The translations under genes and the position numbers were made by a program. Shown here one piece after another: positions 46,566-56,242 of a DNA stretch of 64,000 bases. The notes beneath the pieces are model-generated. The model was not told the DNA's origin, made no database searches, and saw only the letters and a program-made list of their open reading frames with translations. Every line of letters begins with the position of its first letter. The first letter of the stretch is position 1. Source of the DNA: an uncultured Bacilli bacterium. GTDB taxonomy: Bacteria > Bacillota_I > Bacilli_A > RF39 > UBA660. The stretch covers positions 836 to 64,835 of the forward strand of contig CAKOTD010000001.1 in the NCBI GenBank assembly GCA_934120015.1. Direction: 5' to 3'.

Positions 46566-47834
46566 TTAATTACAACTGCAATATGGATATTCTATACTTT
46601 GCACTATGCATGTCTTAAATTTATTAATATCATTAGGACTACCCTTAGTTTTTATCAATAAATAATTGTCAGTATGTCCTATAATATAACCATTATCATA
46701 TACCTCTGGCAACATTGTTACTTTTTTACCAATAAATTTTTCCATGTACTTTTCCTCGAGCATACGGGATAATTTTAAAAGTATATGTGTTCTCTTTTTC
46801 TTTTCTTCTTCAGATATTTGATTTGAAAACAAATCAGCCTTCGTACCACTTCTTCTTGAATAAGGAAAAACATGGATTTTTGCAAAACCAATAGTTTTAA
46901 TAAAATCTATAGTCTTATTAAAATCATCTATAGTCTCACCAGGAAAACCAGTTATAACATCTGTTGTAATAGATATTTCTGGTCTTATTTTTCTTATTTT
47001 ATCTATTTTATCTTTAAAATATTTTGTATCATATTTTCTATTCATAGAAGCTAAAATACTATCAGTTCCAGATTGAAGAGGAATATGTAAATGACTTACT
47101 AAAGTTGGAGTTTCTTCTAATACTTTTAAAAATTTATCATTTAATTCTGTTATTTCAATAGAAGAAATTCTCAATCTTTCAAGTCCTTTTATCAAGGTTA
47201 ATTCCTTAATAAGATCTGATAAATCATAATTATCAAATTCAAAGCCATAATGTCCAGTATGAATGCCTGTTAAAACAATTTCTTTGTGACCCTTACTAAT
47301 TAAATCTTTTACTTCGGCTATTATATCTTCTTTATTCCTACTTCTAACATTACCTCTTGTATAAGGTATTATACAATATGAGCAATAATTGTTGCATCCA
47401 TCTTGAATTTTAACAAAAGCTCTAGTTTTATCAAAATTTATCAGTTTCATAGTTTCAAATGATATATTTGAAATATCTCTAACATCTACAATTTGTTTCT
47501 GTTCTTGTTTATATTTATTGATATAGTCTATAATTTTACTTTTACCATAATTACCAATGACAATGGATACTCCATCTATTTTAAGTATATTTTCTTTGTA
47601 TATTTGTGAAGCACAACCACAAACAAGTATAATTGAATTTGGATTATTTCTAACTGCCTGTCTAATCATCTTTAAAGATTTATTGTTAGCTGTATTTGTA
47701 ACTGTACATGTGTTTATAATAACAACATCACTATTATCACCATAAGTATACCCTGAAGCTTTTAACAAATCTTCCATCATAGCTGATTCATAAGAATTCA
47801 CTTTACATCCTAAATTAATAATTTTGTATTTCAT
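46566..47834 (-). CDS. mtaB: tRNA t6A37 methylthiotransferase MtaB (radical SAM, MiaB-like)
   Basis: N-terminal UPF0004 Cys triad (GCKVN.., NTCTVT, GC) and the radical SAM motif CNNYCSYCIIPYTRG. Synteny with rsmE matches the Bacillus yqeU-yqeV arrangement. Confidence 0.85.
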   Translation of the reverse strand: MKYKIINLGCKVNSYESAMMEDLLKASGYTYGDNSDVVIINTCTVTNTANNKSLKMIRQAVRNNPNSIILVCGCASQIYKENILKIDGVSIVIGNYGKSKIIDYINKYKQEQKQIVDVRDISNISFETMKLINFDKTRAFVKIQDGCNNYCSYCIIPYTRGNVRSRNKEDIIAEVKDLISKGHKEIVLTGIHTGHYGFEFDNYDLSDLIKELTLIKGLERLRISSIEITELNDKFLKVLEETPTLVSHLHIPLQSGTDSILASMNRKYDTKYFKDKIDKIRKIRPEISITTDVITGFPGETIDDFNKTIDFIKTIGFAKIHVFPYSRRSGTKADLFSNQISEEEKKKRTHILLKLSRMLEEKYMEKFIGKKVTMLPEVYDNGYIIGHTDNYLLIKTKGSPNDINKFKTCIVQSIEYPYCSCN

Positions 47835-47862
47835 AAAACCTCCAAAAAAAAGCCATATAGGC

Positions 47863-48705
47863 TTATTCTAAATTTTTTCTAAACTCCTTTAAAGCTTTCA
47901 AGAAATCTTCATCTCTTCTTATTTCATCACTAAGTGGTTCTAAATTAAGAGTTTGTTCTAATTCAAATTTATTATAATTCTTAGCAGGCTGTCTAAACTC
48001 TTTCATATTTTGAACAGTCGGATATTGTATTTTAATATCTTGTCTTCCATATATTGGTGAAATAAACTCCGTTGCTTTGAATTTTCCTTTTGGTTCAGAA
48101 TTAACTATATCATCATCAAAGTCACCTGTTTTTATTGCATTTACAAATTCTTCTTTTTTATTTAATTTAGTTAAAGGAGATACTTCTGCTGTTTCCTCTT
48201 CAATTGCATTAACCAAATTATCTAATTCTAATTTACTATACTCATCAATTACATTTTCTTCTGGATCAGCTGATGTTTCAATTTCATTTAATATTTGATT
48301 AAAATTGGTATTATCAGATTGTAAATCGTCGTCAATGGCAATTTCCTTAATATTTTCTTCTTTTTTTGTACTATTTAACAATTCTTGATAGCTAATAACT
48401 GATTTTTCCTCTTGCTCATTTTCAAACTTTTCAACTACATCACTAGCTTTTGCATCCAAATCTTTCTGCATTTTTTCTATCATACTATCTAAATCAAGGG
48501 GTTTATTTGGATTTTTTTCTTTACTTTCAATAACCTCATCAAATAAAGAATTTTTACCATCTATTTTTTCATAATCAATTAGTTCTTCTTCATTATCCTT
48601 TTTTGCTTTTTTTAATAAAATTATTGTAACTATTACAAATAATATAATTGCTATAATACCATAAAATAATAATTTGTTATTATACAAATCAACTAAAAAA
48701 TTCAT
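47863..48705 (-). CDS. Membrane-anchored acidic protein with a K.FK.T..ISPIYG motif
   Basis: One TM helix (LLFYGIIAIILFVIVTIILL), a Glu/Asp-rich body and KGKFKATEFISPIYGRQD. The start was moved to MNFLVDLY at 48705 with a GGAGTGA RBS. Confidence 0.6.
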   Translation of the reverse strand: MNFLVDLYNNKLLFYGIIAIILFVIVTIILLKKAKKDNEEELIDYEKIDGKNSLFDEVIESKEKNPNKPLDLDSMIEKMQKDLDAKASDVVEKFENEQEEKSVISYQELLNSTKKEENIKEIAIDDDLQSDNTNFNQILNEIETSADPEENVIDEYSKLELDNLVNAIEEETAEVSPLTKLNKKEEFVNAIKTGDFDDDIVNSEPKGKFKATEFISPIYGRQDIKIQYPTVQNMKEFRQPAKNYNKFELEQTLNLEPLSDEIRRDEDFLKALKEFRKNLE

Positions 48706-48710
48706 AAATA

Positions 48711-49415
48711 TCACTCCATACAAACATAATTTAATATACTAAGTAAAAACATAGGTACTGTTTCTACTCTTAAAATACGATTACCTAAAGATACCTTCGT
48801 AAAGCCGGCTTCTTCAAATTTTCTTTCCTCTAAAATAGAAAATCCACCTTCAGGACCTACCGCTAATACAATTTTATCACATTTATTATGGGTTTGCAAA
48901 AAATTTTTAAGATTTTTATTTTTTTCAATTGTACTACACACTAACTTTACACCATCTATCTGTTTAAGTTCACAAATATTTGACAATTTATCTACAACTG
49001 GAACATTAACTCTTTTTGATTGTTCACTAGCTTCTTTGCATATTGTTTGCCATCTTTCTCTTTTTCTATTATACTTTTCTTCATCTATTCTAATAATGCT
49101 TCTTTCGGTGTTAATTGGAATTATCTTTGAAACTCCAAGCTCTGTACTTTTTTGAAAAATCAAATCCATTTTTTGTTCTTTTAACAAAGGTACAACTAAA
49201 ATAATTTCTGGAAAAGTAATTTTACTAGTTTCCATTGATAATACTTCAAAATAATTATCATCCAATGTTACTTTACATATATAAACTTTTTCATCAAAAA
49301 CAATTTCAATTTTATCTTTTTCAGTCATTCTCATAACTTTTCTAATATGATACAAATCATTTTCAGACAATCTAAACCCATTGTTTATTTTTTCTTTAGC
49401 AAAATATCTTTGCAT
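48711..49415 (-). CDS. rsmE: 16S rRNA (uracil1498-N3)-methyltransferase RsmE
   Basis: MQRYF start and HIRKVMRM (PUA-like N-terminus). C-terminal SPOUT motifs AVGPEGGFS and LGNRILRVETV. Confidence 0.9.
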   Translation of the reverse strand: MQRYFAKEKINNGFRLSENDLYHIRKVMRMTEKDKIEIVFDEKVYICKVTLDDNYFEVLSMETSKITFPEIILVVPLLKEQKMDLIFQKSTELGVSKIIPINTERSIIRIDEEKYNRKRERWQTICKEASEQSKRVNVPVVDKLSNICELKQIDGVKLVCSTIEKNKNLKNFLQTHNKCDKIVLAVGPEGGFSILEERKFEEAGFTKVSLGNRILRVETVPMFLLSILNYVCME

Positions 49416-49423
49416 AATATCAC

Positions 49424-49960
49424 CTAACTTACTATTAAATCACTTATTTTATCAGAGAATTTTTCTAATGAATCATTTATATAAAATAATTTATCACAAA
49501 TGATTTTATTATTACAATTGCTAACATCAATCCTTAGTAAAAAATACTCCCCCATATTATCATATTCAATGCTAGCTTTATATCTATTATATTTCTTTAT
49601 AATCTTTTGATAGTCATAGATATCATTTTTACCATATATATAAACTATTTTCTTATTTATATATATACTATCAGGAATAAATCTTGGAATATGACCTTTT
49701 ATATCAGAAATATTACATAGCATATAATCAATTTTTTTCTTTCCATAAAATTTTCTAAAATCTTTCATCATTAAATTCTTTTCTTTTTGTTTCTTTGTAT
49801 TGCCACCTTTTTTTTCAAAACAATTAAGTAAATCACAATATTTAATGCTTTTATTATTATCAAGCTTACCTAAGAGATATTCATCCATAGTACCTATACA
49901 AACGACTTTACCACTAAAATCTATAATAATTTTTTCTAACTCTTTTATAATCTTTTTCAT
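49424..49960 (-). CDS. Hypothetical protein, 178 aa
   Basis: The ORF overlaps the tcdA stop (ATGA junction). No recognisable motif. Confidence 0.55.
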   Translation of the reverse strand: MKKIIKELEKIIIDFSGKVVCIGTMDEYLLGKLDNNKSIKYCDLLNCFEKKGGNTKKQKEKNLMMKDFRKFYGKKKIDYMLCNISDIKGHIPRFIPDSIYINKKIVYIYGKNDIYDYQKIIKKYNRYKASIEYDNMGEYFLLRIDVSNCNNKIICDKLFYINDSLEKFSDKISDLIVS

Positions 49961-50640
49961 TCTTCACCTACTATTAAATTAAAAATATAATTTGCACATA
50001 AAATACCAGCTGTACTAGGTACAAAAATGCTAGATGCCACAACACTTCCTCTTATTTTTTTAGGTTCTTCTTTACTATAAACAACAGGAATCTTTCCTTT
50101 TACATTTTCATCTTTTAACATTTTTCTAAGTTTTTTTGCTATAGGATCATAACTAGTTTTTCGTAAATCACAAATGTTTAAAAATTCAGGGTGAAATTTT
50201 TTGCCTGTACCCATACAGGATATAAATTTAATGTTTTTATCTAGACATTTTTTAATTATTAATTTTTTAGTATTAATGGTATCACAAGCATCAATCACAT
50301 AATCAATATTTCTCTCAAACAATTTATCAATATTACTATCATCTATAAATTCTTTTATTTTAATAATTTGAGCTTTTTGATTTATTGAAGCAATTCTTTT
50401 TTCCCATTCATCTACCTTTTTATTGCCAATATTTTTCATACAAGAAACGATTTGTCTATTTAAATTAGATGTATCTATATCATCAAAATCAACAAGAATA
50501 AATCTTTCTATTCCACTTCTAACTAAACATTCAAGAGCTGTTCCACCTACACCACCAAGACCTATTATAAGGATAGTTTTATCCTTTAACATTGAAAATT
50601 TTTCACCAAGCAATAACTCTATTCTACTAAATTGATTCAT
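49957..50640 (-). CDS. tcdA: tRNA threonylcarbamoyladenosine dehydratase (ThiF/E1-like)
   Basis: IIGLGGVGGTALECLVRSGIERFILVDFDDIDTSNLNRQ. The start was moved to MNQFSRIELL. Confidence 0.85.
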   Translation of the reverse strand: MNQFSRIELLLGEKFSMLKDKTILIIGLGGVGGTALECLVRSGIERFILVDFDDIDTSNLNRQIVSCMKNIGNKKVDEWEKRIASINQKAQIIKIKEFIDDSNIDKLFERNIDYVIDACDTINTKKLIIKKCLDKNIKFISCMGTGKKFHPEFLNICDLRKTSYDPIAKKLRKMLKDENVKGKIPVVYSKEEPKKIRGSVVASSIFVPSTAGILCANYIFNLIVGEE

Positions 50641-50698
50641 AACATCACCATCATGTATATTATAGCATTTTTTCATACAAATTAACATATATTTAAAT

Positions 50699-51298
50699 AT
50701 GTTAATATCACATAGAGGAAATAATAATCATGACTATAAAGAAAACACACAGAGTGCTATTGCAACTGTACTAAAAGAAGATTATATTGATGGTGTAGAA
50801 TTTGATATTAGGTTAACTAAAGATAACAAAATAGTTTTATGCCATAACTTTATTCATAATGGAAAAATTATCAAATATACAAATGCTAAAGAACTTTCAT
50901 TAGATTTATTAACTATTGTTCTTAAGAATATTAATACAAGAAAAATAATTTTAATTGAAATAAAAGATAATAATAAGAAAATTGTTGATATATTATATAA
51001 AATTATTAAACGATATAATAATATAAATTTTTATTTCCAATCATTTTATAAAGAGGTACTAACATATCTAAAATCAAAAAATTCTGAGCTCAAAGTTGGG
51101 ATAGTCACATTTAATAGTAATGTAAATATTAAAGGATTAGACTTCATAAGTGTATATTTTAAAAACTATAAAAATAACAGATTAATGACATTTCTATGGA
51201 CGATAAACAATTTAAAAGAAATAAAAAAACATCAGCAATTATATATTATTACTGATGTTGCATACAAAATAAATACCCAAAAGACCGTTACTGACTAA
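50699..51298 (+). CDS. Glycerophosphodiester phosphodiesterase family protein
   Basis: ISHRGN, ENT and GVEFDIRLTKDNKIVLCHN are the GDPD catalytic motifs. Confidence 0.8.
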   Translation: MLISHRGNNNHDYKENTQSAIATVLKEDYIDGVEFDIRLTKDNKIVLCHNFIHNGKIIKYTNAKELSLDLLTIVLKNINTRKIILIEIKDNNKKIVDILYKIIKRYNNINFYFQSFYKEVLTYLKSKNSELKVGIVTFNSNVNIKGLDFISVYFKNYKNNRLMTFLWTINNLKEIKKHQQLYIITDVAYKINTQKTVTD

Positions 51299-51493
51299 CG
51301 ATAAAAACCTGATCTCCCAGGTGGGCATCACATTTTAAATTTTAGGATTCTTATCTATAAAATAAGCCTTCAACACCATTTAAAAATTAGATTCCCAATC
51401 GTTATAAATTAGTAGGTTTTTCTAAATGCCAGCTATCATATCTTCTAGGCAATATAATTGTAACATATATTTCTTCTTTTGACAATAGTAGCA

Positions 51494-52306
51494 CTACTTA
51501 TTATCATAATTATCTAAAAAACTAATTTCTCCTTCATGATTATGAGCCTTAAGAATTGTATTTAAATTAACATTACTAGTCGATTTAAATATATTTAAAT
51601 CTGCTTGAGGATAAATCTTTTTTAATTCATTAACCAAATCCTTAACCACTCTTCTTTTTCCACTTTTTTTCTCTGTTACAGAACATGCACAACCAATAAA
51701 TTCTAATCCATTATACTTAGACCAACTAATAATATCTTCTTCTTTGATAAAATATAACGGTCTTATAAGTTCCATACCTTCAAAGTTATCACTATGAAGT
51801 TTAGGCATCATACTAGAATATAATCCATTAAATAACATATTCATTAAAATAGTTTCAATAACATCATTAAAATGATGTCCCAAGGCAATTTTATTACATC
51901 CAAGTTCCTTGGCCTTATTATAAAGACAACCTCTACGCATACGAGCACACATATAACATGGATTTTCTTCATCCATTTTTTTTGATACTTCGAATATATT
52001 ACTATTAAATATAGTAGCCTTTATATTTAAGATTTTTAAATTTTCCTTTATCTTATTTAAATTTATCTCGTTATAACCAGGATCCATAACTATATACTCT
52101 AAATCAAATTTAAATTGTCCATGCCTTTTTAGTTCTTCAAGACACTTTGCAAGTAACATTGAATCCTTACCACCACTTATACAAACAGCAATTTTATCAT
52201 TTTCTTTAATTAATTCAAATTCTTTTATGGCCTTAACAAACTTACTCCAAATTTGTTTACGATATTTTTTTATTATACTCTTTTCTATTTCTCTTGTCTT
52301 TTCCAT
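51494..52306 (-). CDS. ttcA: tRNA 2-thiocytidine(32) synthetase TtcA-family PP-loop ATPase
   Basis: PP-loop motif CISGGKDS plus Cys motifs CYMCARMRRG and GCACS. Confidence 0.85.
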   Translation of the reverse strand: MEKTREIEKSIIKKYRKQIWSKFVKAIKEFELIKENDKIAVCISGGKDSMLLAKCLEELKRHGQFKFDLEYIVMDPGYNEINLNKIKENLKILNIKATIFNSNIFEVSKKMDEENPCYMCARMRRGCLYNKAKELGCNKIALGHHFNDVIETILMNMLFNGLYSSMMPKLHSDNFEGMELIRPLYFIKEEDIISWSKYNGLEFIGCACSVTEKKSGKRRVVKDLVNELKKIYPQADLNIFKSTSNVNLNTILKAHNHEGEISFLDNYDNK

Positions 52307-52352
52307 AACATCACCTAAATAAGTATATAATAAAATAGTTTATAAAACAAGA

Positions 52353-52376
52353 AATAACTGCATATGCAGTTATTTA
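52353..52376 (-). terminator. Palindromic hairpin AAATAACTGCATATGCAGTTATTT at the 3' end of the 139-aa gene
   Basis: Read directly. CTTGTTTT follows on the minus strand. Confidence 0.5.
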
Positions 52377-52789
52377 CTTAATTTTTTTGTTTTTTTAGAA
52401 GTATAACACTCTTTAAACACATATCTATTATTAGTATAATCATAGCTACCATTATATGACATATCAGCATTTTCTTTTAAAGTTATAATTATACTAGAAT
52501 AATCATCACTATAAAAGATATCTTCAATTGATGTAGTCTCTATTGTAATATATTCTACTTTTTCACTTACTTCATCTTCTGAAGTACCCATACATAATAA
52601 TAATAGATCTTTTTTCTGAATAGATTCAAGAGTTGGTTCTATAACTCCATCTGAAATTTTAACATCTGATGGATATTTACAACATTCAATATTTGTAGAT
52701 TTAGCCAAAGCACTAGTTTGCGCTAAAAAGCATCCACCTATTAATGCAGTAACTGCAGCAAAATAACAAATTGCACCTTTTTTTGTCAC
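52370..52789 (-). CDS. Secreted protein or lipoprotein of unknown function
   Basis: Signal peptide with a possible lipobox (ALIGGC). GTG start after an AAAGGAG RBS. Confidence 0.55.
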   Translation of the reverse strand: MTKKGAICYFAAVTALIGGCFLAQTSALAKSTNIECCKYPSDVKISDGVIEPTLESIQKKDLLLLCMGTSEDEVSEKVEYITIETTSIEDIFYSDDYSSIIITLKENADMSYNGSYDYTNNRYVFKECYTSKKTKKLSK

Positions 52790-52842
52790 ACTAAATCACT
52801 CCTTTTAGATGGGATATATATTAACACATTTAAAAAAATATG

Positions 52843-54489
52843 TCAAACCTCTTGCATAACAATTAAAATCATTGGATTACATTCAGTCTGCTGATATAAG
52901 TATTTACCTAATTTATCTCTGATACCAGCTTTAATTTTGTTGAATTCAATATAATTATCTTTTGTATTTTCTTTTATAACCTCTAAAGATATCTTTTCAG
53001 ATTCTTTAATTAAATCAACATTGTCTTTAACATAAATAAATCCCCTTGTAAGAATTTCAGGACCTGCTAGTACTTTTTTAGTTTGTTTATCAATACTAGC
53101 ACTTACAATTACTATTCCATTGTCACTAAGCATTTCACGATCTTTAATAACAAGTTCACCAACATCTCCAGATGTTTTACCATCAATTAAGATGTCATCA
53201 ACTTTCACTTTTTCACCAGTTTCCACTAAATTTCCATTTTCAAAGTTAACAACTTGACCATTTAATTTTAGTAAAATATTCTCTTCTGGAATACCTAGTG
53301 CCTTAGCAGCATTTGCATTTGCAACTTGATGACGATATTCACCAATTACTGGAAAATAATATTTTGGATTCATTAAGTTAATCATTAACATTAAATCTTC
53401 ACTTGAAGCATGATAGCCTAAATATTTTTTAGAAGCAATAATTACTAGATTAGCTCCAATTTGAGCAATTTTATCATATACTTTAGTGGCACTAAGTTCC
53501 ATACCATCATATACAGGTGAAGCAAATACAACTGTATCTTCAGGTGTTATTTTTACAAATTTGTCATAACCTTTTATAATTCTTGTAATATTTGAGAATG
53601 GTTTTTCCCTTTCATCAGAAACAACAATAACCGAATTATTATCACTTATATTTTTTAAACTACCAATTTTGTTTTTATCAAATTTTACATAATGCATATC
53701 AATTGCTTTTAAAATAATATTTTCAATTCTTTTTCCTAAAATTACAACTTTTCTATCAGTAGTAACAAGTTCATTGAACAATTCTTGTATACGACACAAT
53801 TGAGCTTGTGAAACATTGTAGATAATTCTACCTTCATACTTATTTAGTGTTTCTCTTAAAATAGAAGAAGTTCTGTGATTTGGTGAAGTAAATCCTTTCT
53901 TATCTGCATATAAAGATTCACTTAATAGGCAAAGAACACCTTGTTTTCCAACATATGCAAGTTTACCAATATCTGTCTTATAATTTCCTATCATTTTAGG
54001 ATCAAACATAAAATTTCCCGTATAAAAAATTGCCCCATCTTCTGTATACAAAACGTATCCTACTGCATCTGGAACTGAATGCGTTAAACTTATAGGGAAA
54101 ATACTATTTTTACCAAAACTGATTTTTTTGTGTGGAACAATATTAATTAAATTATTACTATTAATGTTATCAAAAGCAAGTTCTTCTTTGATAACTTCGA
54201 TGGTAAATGTTGTCCCATAAATTTTTATTTCTGGAATATCTTTTATAATATCTGGAACTGAACCCATTTGTTGATCATGCCCATGTGTTATAAATATTCC
54301 CTTTATTCTTTTTTTATTTTCCTTTAAGTAATCATAATTTGGCATAATATAATCTACACCAAGTAGTTTATCATCAGGATATTTTAATCCTGCATCAAAT
54401 ACAAATATATCATTGTCCACTTCAATAACATACATATTTTTTCCGATTTCGTTTAATCCACCAAGACTAAACATTTTTATTTTGCTCAT
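52843..54489 (-). CDS. rnj: Ribonuclease J homologue with degenerate catalytic motifs
   Basis: Full-length RNase J architecture is present: MBL, beta-CASP and C-terminal domains, from LGGLNEIGKNMYV to PMILIVMQEV. However the motifs read HGHDQQ (canonical HGHEDH), TGNFMFD (TGDFKFD), HASSED (HTSGH) and PVIGEY (P.HGEY). Confidence 0.85.
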   Translation of the reverse strand: MSKIKMFSLGGLNEIGKNMYVIEVDNDIFVFDAGLKYPDDKLLGVDYIMPNYDYLKENKKRIKGIFITHGHDQQMGSVPDIIKDIPEIKIYGTTFTIEVIKEELAFDNINSNNLINIVPHKKISFGKNSIFPISLTHSVPDAVGYVLYTEDGAIFYTGNFMFDPKMIGNYKTDIGKLAYVGKQGVLCLLSESLYADKKGFTSPNHRTSSILRETLNKYEGRIIYNVSQAQLCRIQELFNELVTTDRKVVILGKRIENIILKAIDMHYVKFDKNKIGSLKNISDNNSVIVVSDEREKPFSNITRIIKGYDKFVKITPEDTVVFASPVYDGMELSATKVYDKIAQIGANLVIIASKKYLGYHASSEDLMLMINLMNPKYYFPVIGEYRHQVANANAAKALGIPEENILLKLNGQVVNFENGNLVETGEKVKVDDILIDGKTSGDVGELVIKDREMLSDNGIVIVSASIDKQTKKVLAGPEILTRGFIYVKDNVDLIKESEKISLEVIKENTKDNYIEFNKIKAGIRDKLGKYLYQQTECNPMILIVMQEV

Positions 54490-54765
54490 ATTTACTCCTT
54501 TCTCTTTTTTTAAAGACTAGTTAATTATATCAAAAAAAACAAATTTAGTCTAGTATTCTTACATAATAAAAGTTTATAGCATCCTATAAACTTTTATCCA
54601 TTTATTTAAATATTTGTGAATATTGTAGTTATAAAGATATTATTTGTAATTTGAGGAGTATATTACAAATATATTATTTTTTCTATCTCATTTATCACCT
54701 CCACTATAAAAAGTATATAACTTAATTGTGGAAGTAATTTGATAATAAAATGGGAAAATATGTAA

Positions 54766-56190
54766 TTATACAAAAATAGCTACTATAATAATTACAAGAA
54801 TTGTTACTATAAATATTTCAAGTAATAATTTCCAAATATATTTAAACCATTCCTTAAACGATATCTTTAAATAAGATAATCCCATTACTAACATCATACT
54901 TGTTGGAATTATCAACATCATAATTCCGTGCATAGTTTGAACAATGAAACCAATTAATTGATATTTAGTTGTATCAGTGATTATATTTTCAGTTACACCA
55001 GATAAAATAGTTGCTAGACTATATAAATCTGGATAAAAAATAGCACCTATTAAGCTTACTAAAGGCATAAAAATTATTTTAGCACCATCAAAGAGAGTTA
55101 ATATAAAATTAGTAATAGTAAAGTAGATATTTTCACTCATCTGTAATCTATATAATGTAACAAATACTATATTTGCAAGTATTACATAAAAGGCAGGAAG
55201 TAACATTTGTTTAGCACCACTTACGTAACCTTCAAGAAAATCATCAAACTTAACACTATATAACCAACCTATACAAATTGTCATTAAAATGATTAAAATG
55301 GATACATCATATTGATTCCAAGCACCAAACTCATTTATAGAGCTTAATATATTAGCCATAATAGGATAATTTCCAATTTTTATTGCCATAAGATTATTAT
55401 ATAATTCAGAGAATATATTTATTTCAAATAATCCCCTCCAATTAATTGTACTAATTAATAGTATTAACATAAAAATAGTAAAAGTTACAATTAATGGTAA
55501 GATACTTTTTTTGGACTTAACATTTTCATATAATGGTATAAGTTCATCATTAGATTCTTTCTTATTCTTCTTATCTTTTTTATTAATACTTATATTATGC
55601 ATAACAAAACTTACAAATATAAATACAACAATTATAAAGAAAATTATCTTTGTAATTATCTCATCGTTAAGACTCAAATGAAATTTATCATTAATATAAT
55701 AACTTGTGCTACTACCATAAATAGCACATATATTACCAATTAAAATAGAACCAAATGTACTAACGAGTGCAACTATTTTACTAAATCCAAGTTCTAAAAT
55801 AACTGTTATTAAGAATGGAGCAATAATTAAAAATAGAGATTGAACTCCAATAAGTGCTGATAAGGTTGTTAATATTACCATTAAAGCTATTATAAATTTC
55901 TTTTCTTTACCATTTAGCTTATTTTTAATCTTTTCAACTAGATTGGCATATACTAAAGTTTTATTTAGTACCCCATAAAATCCACCTATTATTAATACTA
56001 ATAATCCATATTGAATCAAATTGGAAAAGGTTATAATAGGAACCCTGATAATATCAAATATTCCAACTGGTGATGTACCATTAGTAATAAAAGTCCCATT
56101 TTCATATCCACCAACCGGTATTAACCAAGTAAGCAGTAAAACAAATAAAAACATAAAACCAATTATTTTAAATAAATTATACTTTTTCAT
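54766..56190 (-). CDS. YfcC/DcuC-type polytopic transporter
   Basis: 474 aa with about 12 TM helices. The N-terminus FVLLLTWLIPVGGYENG resembles the YfcC family start. Confidence 0.55.
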   Translation of the reverse strand: MKKYNLFKIIGFMFLFVLLLTWLIPVGGYENGTFITNGTSPVGIFDIIRVPIITFSNLIQYGLLVLIIGGFYGVLNKTLVYANLVEKIKNKLNGKEKKFIIALMVILTTLSALIGVQSLFLIIAPFLITVILELGFSKIVALVSTFGSILIGNICAIYGSSTSYYINDKFHLSLNDEIITKIIFFIIVVFIFVSFVMHNISINKKDKKNKKESNDELIPLYENVKSKKSILPLIVTFTIFMLILLISTINWRGLFEINIFSELYNNLMAIKIGNYPIMANILSSINEFGAWNQYDVSILIILMTICIGWLYSVKFDDFLEGYVSGAKQMLLPAFYVILANIVFVTLYRLQMSENIYFTITNFILTLFDGAKIIFMPLVSLIGAIFYPDLYSLATILSGVTENIITDTTKYQLIGFIVQTMHGIMMLIIPTSMMLVMGLSYLKISFKEWFKYIWKLLLEIFIVTILVIIIVAIFV

Positions 56191-56242
56191 ATATCCCTCC
56201 TAGTTACATTATAATAAAAACAAAACAAATATACAACAAAAA

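Noticed and set aside
2950-50635. Many 60-130-aa ORFs in the track that lie antisense within larger genes (for example 2950-3279, 3851-4123, 4485-4685, 8407-8757, 28003-28395, 34313-34603, 42155-42523, 45462-45686)
   Set aside because: Each is fully nested opposite a CDS with clear homology-type motifs. None has an RBS, and their hydrophobic or low-complexity translations are typical of AT-rich antisense frames.
51299-51493. 195-nt non-coding gap between the convergent GDPD and ttcA genes, as a possible riboswitch or sRNA
   Set aside because: It lies downstream of both genes. I found only short weak hairpins, no promoter-terminator pair and no resemblance to a known riboswitch core. It is more likely a degenerate spacer or old gene remnant.
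54490-54765. Hairpins (AAAGTTTATA/TATAAACTTT and ATTTGTAAT/ATTACAAAT) in the 276-nt region upstream of the RNase J-like gene, as an autoregulatory leader
   Set aside because: The stems are AT-only and are equally well explained as the terminator of the upstream YfcC-type gene. There is no independent support.
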